A stretch of 64,000 bases of DNA from Methanomassiliicoccus luminyensis B10 (GTDB taxonomy: Archaea > Thermoplasmatota > Thermoplasmata > Methanomassiliicoccales > Methanomassiliicoccaceae): assembly GCF_000308215.1 (NCBI RefSeq), contig NZ_CAJE01000012.1:504894-568893 (forward strand). Direction: 5' to 3'. A program made the translations under genes and the position numbers. A model generated the notes under the pieces. That model had not been told where the DNA came from, ran no database searches, and saw only the letters and a program-made list of their open reading frames with translations. The number at the start of each line of letters is the position of its first letter. Within the stretch, counting starts at the first letter, position 1. Shown piece after piece: positions 59,260-64,000 of this stretch.

Positions 59260-60612
59260 ATGAAGGCACCAAGGTTCGTGATCGCCGGAGAGCGGAGCGG
59301 GGTCGGGAAATCCACCATTACCGTAGGCATACTGCTCTCGCTCAAGGCCAGGGGGCTGGACCCCCAGCCGTTCAAGACCGGCCCCGATTTCCTCGACCCC
59401 ATGCACCACAGCATCGTGCTGGGCAAGCCGTCGCGGAACCTGGACACCTGGATGTTCGGCCCGCGGGTCAAGGATACCTTCGCGCGCGGGGCCAAGGGCT
59501 CAGGGATATCGGTCATCGAGGGCGTTATGGGGCTGTTCGACGGCGACGGGGGCCGGCGCGAGGAAGGGTCCACCGCACACCTCTCCAAGGTGCTGAACGC
59601 TCCGGTGGTGCTCATCGTCAACGCGGCCAACACCGCGCGCAGCGCGGGGGCCATCGCCCTGGGGTTCAAGAACTATGACCCCGATGTCAACATCGCAGGG
59701 GTCATCTTCAATAACGTGTCCAGCAAGAGGCACCTCGGCATGCTGGAGGATTCGCTGAGGGGCATGGAAAGCCTTGGCGGCATCCCCGCGGTGAAGGACG
59801 TGCGCCTGGCGAGCAGGCATCTAGGGCTGGTGCCGGCCGGGGAAACGTACGATGCCGACAGGTACGAGCGCATCCGGTTCATGATCGAGGAGAACCTGAA
59901 CATGGACCGCCTGATCGAGATCGCCCGCTCCGTTCCGGATATGGAGGAAGCGGAGGCGCCGGTGATGAAAGGCCGGCCGCGGGCCCGTATCGGGGTCGCC
60001 CAGGACAAGGCCTTCAACTTCTACTATTATGACAACTTCGATATCCTGAGGGGGTTCGGGGCGGAGATCGTGCCGTTCTCTCCCATGTACGACGACCTGC
60101 CGGACGTGGACGGCCTGTACTTCGGGGGCGGATATCCAGAGACGTACGCTCAGCAGCTGCAGGACAACTCGTCCATGCGCCGGAAGGTGAGGGAGCGCGC
60201 CTACGAGGGCATGCCCATCTACGCCGAGTGCGGGGGCATGATGTACGCCTGCGACAGGGTGAGGGACTTCGACGGGAGAACGTACTCCATGACCGGCATC
60301 TTCGACCCCGAGGTGGAGATGACCGACAAGCTCCAGGCGGTGGGGTACGTGGAGGCGGAAGCGGAAAGGGAGAACGTGCTGTGCGGGAAGGGGTGGACCA
60401 CCCGCGGGCACGAGTTCCACTACTCCCGCGTGCTGGGGTCGGGAGAGAAGGAGTACGCGTACAGTCTCAAGCGGGGCAAGGGGATCGCCGGGAACAAGGA
60501 CGGGCTGATAGCCCACAACACCATGGCCTCGTACCTGCATCTGCACTTCGCGTCCTGCCCCCAGTTCGCCGAGCGTTTCGTGGGGAGCTGCGCCGATCAT
60601 GCGAGGCGATGA
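59260..60612 (+). CDS. cbiA: cobyrinate a,c-diamide synthase (CbiA/CobB family; could alternatively be the F430-pathway paralog CfbB)
   Basis: P-loop (GERSGVGKST) in the N-terminus and a C-terminal glutamine amidotransferase domain (ECGGMMY). The internal ATG at 59260 follows a GGAGGAAAGG RBS. Confidence 0.8.
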   Translation: MKAPRFVIAGERSGVGKSTITVGILLSLKARGLDPQPFKTGPDFLDPMHHSIVLGKPSRNLDTWMFGPRVKDTFARGAKGSGISVIEGVMGLFDGDGGRREEGSTAHLSKVLNAPVVLIVNAANTARSAGAIALGFKNYDPDVNIAGVIFNNVSSKRHLGMLEDSLRGMESLGGIPAVKDVRLASRHLGLVPAGETYDADRYERIRFMIEENLNMDRLIEIARSVPDMEEAEAPVMKGRPRARIGVAQDKAFNFYYYDNFDILRGFGAEIVPFSPMYDDLPDVDGLYFGGGYPETYAQQLQDNSSMRRKVRERAYEGMPIYAECGGMMYACDRVRDFDGRTYSMTGIFDPEVEMTDKLQAVGYVEAEAERENVLCGKGWTTRGHEFHYSRVLGSGEKEYAYSLKRGKGIAGNKDGLIAHNTMASYLHLHFASCPQFAERFVGSCADHARR

Positions 60613-60613
60613 G

Positions 60614-62419
60614 ATGAAGGATTACTGGTTCAAGGTCCGCGAGCAGCTCCGGGACTTTCGGCCCGGTCCGAACGTCCGATGCGAATGGTACCCCTGCCAT
60701 TTCAAGGGGCAGGACTGTAGTCTGTGCTTCTGTCCCCTCTACCCTTGCCACGATGAGCGCCTGGGCGAGTTCATCTCCGGCAAGGACGGATCGCGGATAT
60801 GGAGCTGCAAGGAGTGCTTCTGGCCCCACCGGAGCGACGTGGCCAGGGACATCTATGCCCGGCTCGGCGCGCCGGAGGAGCGGCCGTCCGGGGAGGACCT
60901 GAGGAGGATCAAGGAGGAGATAGAGGCCCGGCATCCCGTGTCGGCCATGCCCATCATGGTGCTCGGCGCGACATCGGGAGCGGGAAAGAGCCTGCTGGCG
61001 GCGGCACTATGCCGCATCTTCTCAGACATGGGCTACAACGTCGCGCCGTTCAAGTCCCAGAACATGTCCCTCAACTCCATGGTGACGCCGGAGGGAGAGG
61101 AGATCTCCAGGGCCCAGGCGCTGCAGGCAGCGGCGGCCCGTACCGTTCCGGACGCGCACATGAACCCTATATTGATGAAACCGAAGAAGGACGACATCTC
61201 CCAGATCATCGTGGAGGGGCGGCCGTACAGGGACATGGCCGTGCCCGAGTACTTCGGCGGCTTCACCAACGGGGAGGGGATGGAGATCCTCCGGAGGAAC
61301 TGGGAGCTGCTCCGGCGGACCCGCGACGTGGTGGTGATTGAGGGCGCGGGGTCCCCCGCGGAGATCAACCTGATGGACACCGAGATCGCCAACATGCGGA
61401 CGGCGGAGGTCGCCAGCGCGCCCTGCCTGCTGGTGGTGAACATCGAGTGGGGCGGGGCCTTCGCCTACGCCTACGGCACCATCATGCTGCTGCCTCCCGA
61501 GCAGCGGAGAATGTTCAAGGGCATAATCATCAACAACCTCTACGGAGACCCGGCGTCCCTGCAAGGCGGCATCAAGGAGCTGGAGGAGCGGTTGGGGATC
61601 CCGGTGCTGGGAATCGTTCCGCACGCCGACCACGCGCTGCCGGACGAGGATTCCCAGGACCTCCGCAAGGTGCGGGGGAAGGGAGGGCTGCAGATCGGGG
61701 TGGTGCACCTGCCCCGCATCGCCAACTTCACCGACTTCGACGCGCTCGCTCTGGAAGGCGCTTCGGTCCGCTTCGTCAAGGACCCGGGGGCGTTGAGGGG
61801 CGTGGACGCCGTGGTGATACCCGGAACCAAGAACACCGTGGCCGACCTGAAATGGCTGAGGGGGAGCGGGCTCTTCGACGCCATCAGGGAGCTGAAGGGA
61901 AAGGTGCCCATTCTGGGCATATGCGGCGGCTATCAGATGCTGGGAAAGGAGGTCATCGACCTCAAGGGCCTGGAAGGGGACGAGAAGAAGGCCTGGGAAG
62001 GACTGGGGCTGCTGGACATCTCCACCAACTTCGAGGCCTACGAGAAGAGGACCGTGCTGGTCAACGGCCGCATGAACGCCGGGAACGGCGGCAAGGTGCG
62101 CGGGTACGAGATCCACATGGGGAGGTCGGAGAGCAGGGAAGCGCCCCTGTTCTACCTGGAGGAGAACGGGAAGGACCGGCCGGAGGGGGCGATATCCCCC
62201 GACGGCATGGTGATGGGGTCCTACGTCCACGGCATGTTCGACCTGCCCTCGTTCCGCTCCTACTTCCTGGGCAAGGCGCCGGGGGAAGGGCAGCGGGCGG
62301 AAGCGGAGGTCGACTACGAGGCCTCCGTGGACCAGGGCCTGGACCGGCTCGCCGCGGTGGTGCGGGAGAACCTGGATATGGATAAGCTCGTGAGCATCCT
62401 GAAGGAGGGGCTGCCGTGA
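60614..62419 (+). CDS. cobQ: cobyric acid synthase CobQ/CbiP with N-terminal Cys-rich zf-like small domain
   Basis: N-terminal ~110 aa with CEWYPCHFKGQDCSLCFCPLYPCHDE...CKEC. It is followed by the CobQ ATPase domain (GATSGAGKS) and a GATase domain (GICGGYQMLG ... H). Confidence 0.8.
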   Translation: MKDYWFKVREQLRDFRPGPNVRCEWYPCHFKGQDCSLCFCPLYPCHDERLGEFISGKDGSRIWSCKECFWPHRSDVARDIYARLGAPEERPSGEDLRRIKEEIEARHPVSAMPIMVLGATSGAGKSLLAAALCRIFSDMGYNVAPFKSQNMSLNSMVTPEGEEISRAQALQAAAARTVPDAHMNPILMKPKKDDISQIIVEGRPYRDMAVPEYFGGFTNGEGMEILRRNWELLRRTRDVVVIEGAGSPAEINLMDTEIANMRTAEVASAPCLLVVNIEWGGAFAYAYGTIMLLPPEQRRMFKGIIINNLYGDPASLQGGIKELEERLGIPVLGIVPHADHALPDEDSQDLRKVRGKGGLQIGVVHLPRIANFTDFDALALEGASVRFVKDPGALRGVDAVVIPGTKNTVADLKWLRGSGLFDAIRELKGKVPILGICGGYQMLGKEVIDLKGLEGDEKKAWEGLGLLDISTNFEAYEKRTVLVNGRMNAGNGGKVRGYEIHMGRSESREAPLFYLEENGKDRPEGAISPDGMVMGSYVHGMFDLPSFRSYFLGKAPGEGQRAEAEVDYEASVDQGLDRLAAVVRENLDMDKLVSILKEGLP

Positions 62420-63264
62420 AGTGCGTGATGGTGCAGGGCACCAGCTCCGGCGCGGGCAAGACCACCGTCGCCGCGCTGCTGTGCCGGCACTTCGCCCGGC
62501 AGGGCCTGAGGGTCGCGCCGTTCAAGGCCCAGAACCTGTCGCTGAACTCCTTCGTCACCGCCAGGGGCGAGGAGATGGGCATCTCGCAGGCGTTCCAGGC
62601 ATGGGCCTGCGGGCGCGAGCCGGAGGGGGACATGAACCCCATCCTGCTGAAGCCCCGCTCCGAGGGGAGCTGCCAGATCATACTGTCGGGAAGGCCGTAC
62701 GCCGACGTGGGGCGAGGGGGTGCGACGGCCCACCGCGAAGCGCTGCTGAAAGCAGTGAGGGAGTCCTATGGCCGGTTGGCCGCATCGAACGATGTGGTGA
62801 TCATAGAGGGTTCCGGCTCCCCGGCGGAGATCAACCTGCGTTCGACGGACATTGCCAATATGACCACCGCGGAGATGGCGCGAAGCCCGGTGATACTGGT
62901 AGGGGATATCGAGCGCGGCGGGGTGTTCGCCGCCGTCTACGGCACCTATGGGCTGCTGGAGGAGCGCCACCGCGACCTGGTCAAGGCGTTCGTGATAAAC
63001 CGCTTCAGGGGGGACGCGTCCATCCTGGGGCCGGGGATGGCGAAGCTGCAGGACCTCATGAAGGTGCCCTGCCTGGGAGTATTGCCGTTCGTGGACCTCC
63101 GCTTCCCCTCCGAGGACAGCCTTGACCTCGGCCGGCAGCAGGGCCGGGGGGCGTCGGGGGAGGACATCAGGGAGGCCTGGCTGAAGAACCTTGACCAGTT
63201 CTACGATACGTCCCGCTCGCACATCGACTACGGGATCTTGGAAGCCATCGTGAACGGGCGCTGA
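62416..63264 (+). CDS. CobQ/CobB/MinD-type nucleotide-binding domain protein (CobQ N-domain paralog lacking glutaminase domain)
   Basis: Walker A (GTSSGAGKTT). Alignable to the ATPase half of the upstream cobQ, but it stops at ~280 aa. 4-nt overlap with cobQ. Confidence 0.65.
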   Translation: MKCVMVQGTSSGAGKTTVAALLCRHFARQGLRVAPFKAQNLSLNSFVTARGEEMGISQAFQAWACGREPEGDMNPILLKPRSEGSCQIILSGRPYADVGRGGATAHREALLKAVRESYGRLAASNDVVIIEGSGSPAEINLRSTDIANMTTAEMARSPVILVGDIERGGVFAAVYGTYGLLEERHRDLVKAFVINRFRGDASILGPGMAKLQDLMKVPCLGVLPFVDLRFPSEDSLDLGRQQGRGASGEDIREAWLKNLDQFYDTSRSHIDYGILEAIVNGR

Positions 63265-63379
63265 GAGCGCCAGGAAGACGGCAGACCGGCGCCTACAGCG
63301 ATGGAGCGGGCGTCGGGCCGTCGCGACAGTGGCCAAAGCTAATAGGCAGCATCATCTGAGATAATGTTCGGCCAAAGTG

Positions 63380-64000
63380 ATGCGGCGATCCAATTCTGCG
63401 TTCGTGCTAGGGGTCAGCACGCCCAATGGCGTGGGCGTGGTAAGAAGCCTTGGAAGGGAGGGCATACCCCTGGTTGCGGTGGATTTCGTGAAGAAAGCCC
63501 CGGGCCTTCGCTCGAGGTACGCGAGGCCTCTGCTAGTCCCCGATCCCGTGAAGGATCCCCAGGGCGTCCTGGATATCCTGCTCAGGGATGGCGATAGCGG
63601 CAGCAGGAGCGTTCTGTACCCCACCTCGGACGCCTTCGTCCTGTTCATGTCGCGGTACCGCGACGAGCTGTCGGAGAGGTTCATCTTCAACATCCCTTCC
63701 GAGAGGGTGCTGGAGGGGATGGTGAACAAGCGGCTCCAATACGAGGAGGCCAACAGAGTGGGCACGCCCATCGCCAACACCCATTACCCCACTGACATGG
63801 CGGACATCGAGAGGATAGAGCATGACCTCGATTACCCGGTGTTCATCAAGCCATTGTACTCCCACCTGTGGCACGAGCGGTTCGGGAACAAGGGATTCAA
63901 GGTGGCGAACCCCCGCGAACTAGGCGCCAGGTTCGAGGAGATCTTCGCCGCGGGCCTGGAGGCGCTGGTGCAGTCGATAATTCTGGGCCCCAATACCAAC
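63380..64000 (+). CDS. ATP-grasp family enzyme (COG3919-like), 5' partial in window (runs off the end)
   Basis: Manually translated open frame from the ATG at 63380 to the window end. N-terminus is AFVLGVSTPNGVGVVRSLGREGIPLVAVD, typical of the predicted ATP-grasp enzymes. It was not in the ORF track because it is unterminated. Confidence 0.5.
   Translation, partial: MRRSNSAFVLGVSTPNGVGVVRSLGREGIPLVAVDFVKKAPGLRSRYARPLLVPDPVKDPQGVLDILLRDGDSGSRSVLYPTSDAFVLFMSRYRDELSERFIFNIPSERVLEGMVNKRLQYEEANRVGTPIANTHYPTDMADIERIEHDLDYPVFIKPLYSHLWHERFGNKGFKVANPRELGARFEEIFAAGLEALVQSIILGPNTN

Noticed and set aside
1-64000. CRISPR arrays, rRNA genes, IS elements/transposases, prophage genes
   Set aside because: There are no regularly spaced direct repeats, no rRNA-like conserved stretches, and no transposase/integrase/capsid-like ORFs in any frame.

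Overview
This 64 kb window is high-GC archaeal chromosome, probably from a methylotrophic methanogen-like euryarchaeon. The supporting evidence is an archaeal/eukaryote-type GlyRS, an MtaA-type methylcobamide:CoM methyltransferase with a corrinoid protein, a flavodiiron FprA, NifH/NifD-like paralogs, a che operon with CheC/CheD, and TATA-box promoters. Finer taxonomy cannot be resolved from sequence alone. The core content is Fe-S assembly (IscS/IscU/SufS-like), a 3-gene pilin-like operon, redox/stress genes, glyS, valS, tRNA-Gly(GCC), a flotillin gene, thiM/thiE, cbiE, a complete cheDCABYW-MCP/cheR block and cbiA-cobQ genes. Five things stand out. (1) An AT-rich island (~33.1-42.9 kb) appears to be horizontally acquired. 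It encodes a second nitrogenase-like NifH + NifD/K-like pair with a radical SAM/SPASM enzyme, a large PLP decarboxylase, a Pol-beta-type nucleotidyltransferase, a GT-like protein, a HAD phosphatase and an APH/choline-kinase-like kinase. This looks like an undescribed cofactor/tetrapyrrole-modifying cluster. (2) In host-GC DNA there is a single-polypeptide NifH-NifD-like fusion (731 aa) followed by a second NifD/K-like protein. (3) A RiPP-like operon consists of a 31-aa Cys-containing peptide, a radical SAM/SPASM enzyme with an N-terminal extension, and a ferredoxin. (4) A 15-bp palindromic core TGGATGATACATCCA sits immediately downstream of a TATA box at two distant loci (the rSAM-peptide operon and cbiA-cobQ). 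(5) Several other operator-like inverted repeats were found, together with a corrinoid/MtaA pair whose third partner is an unassigned Cys-rich protein.
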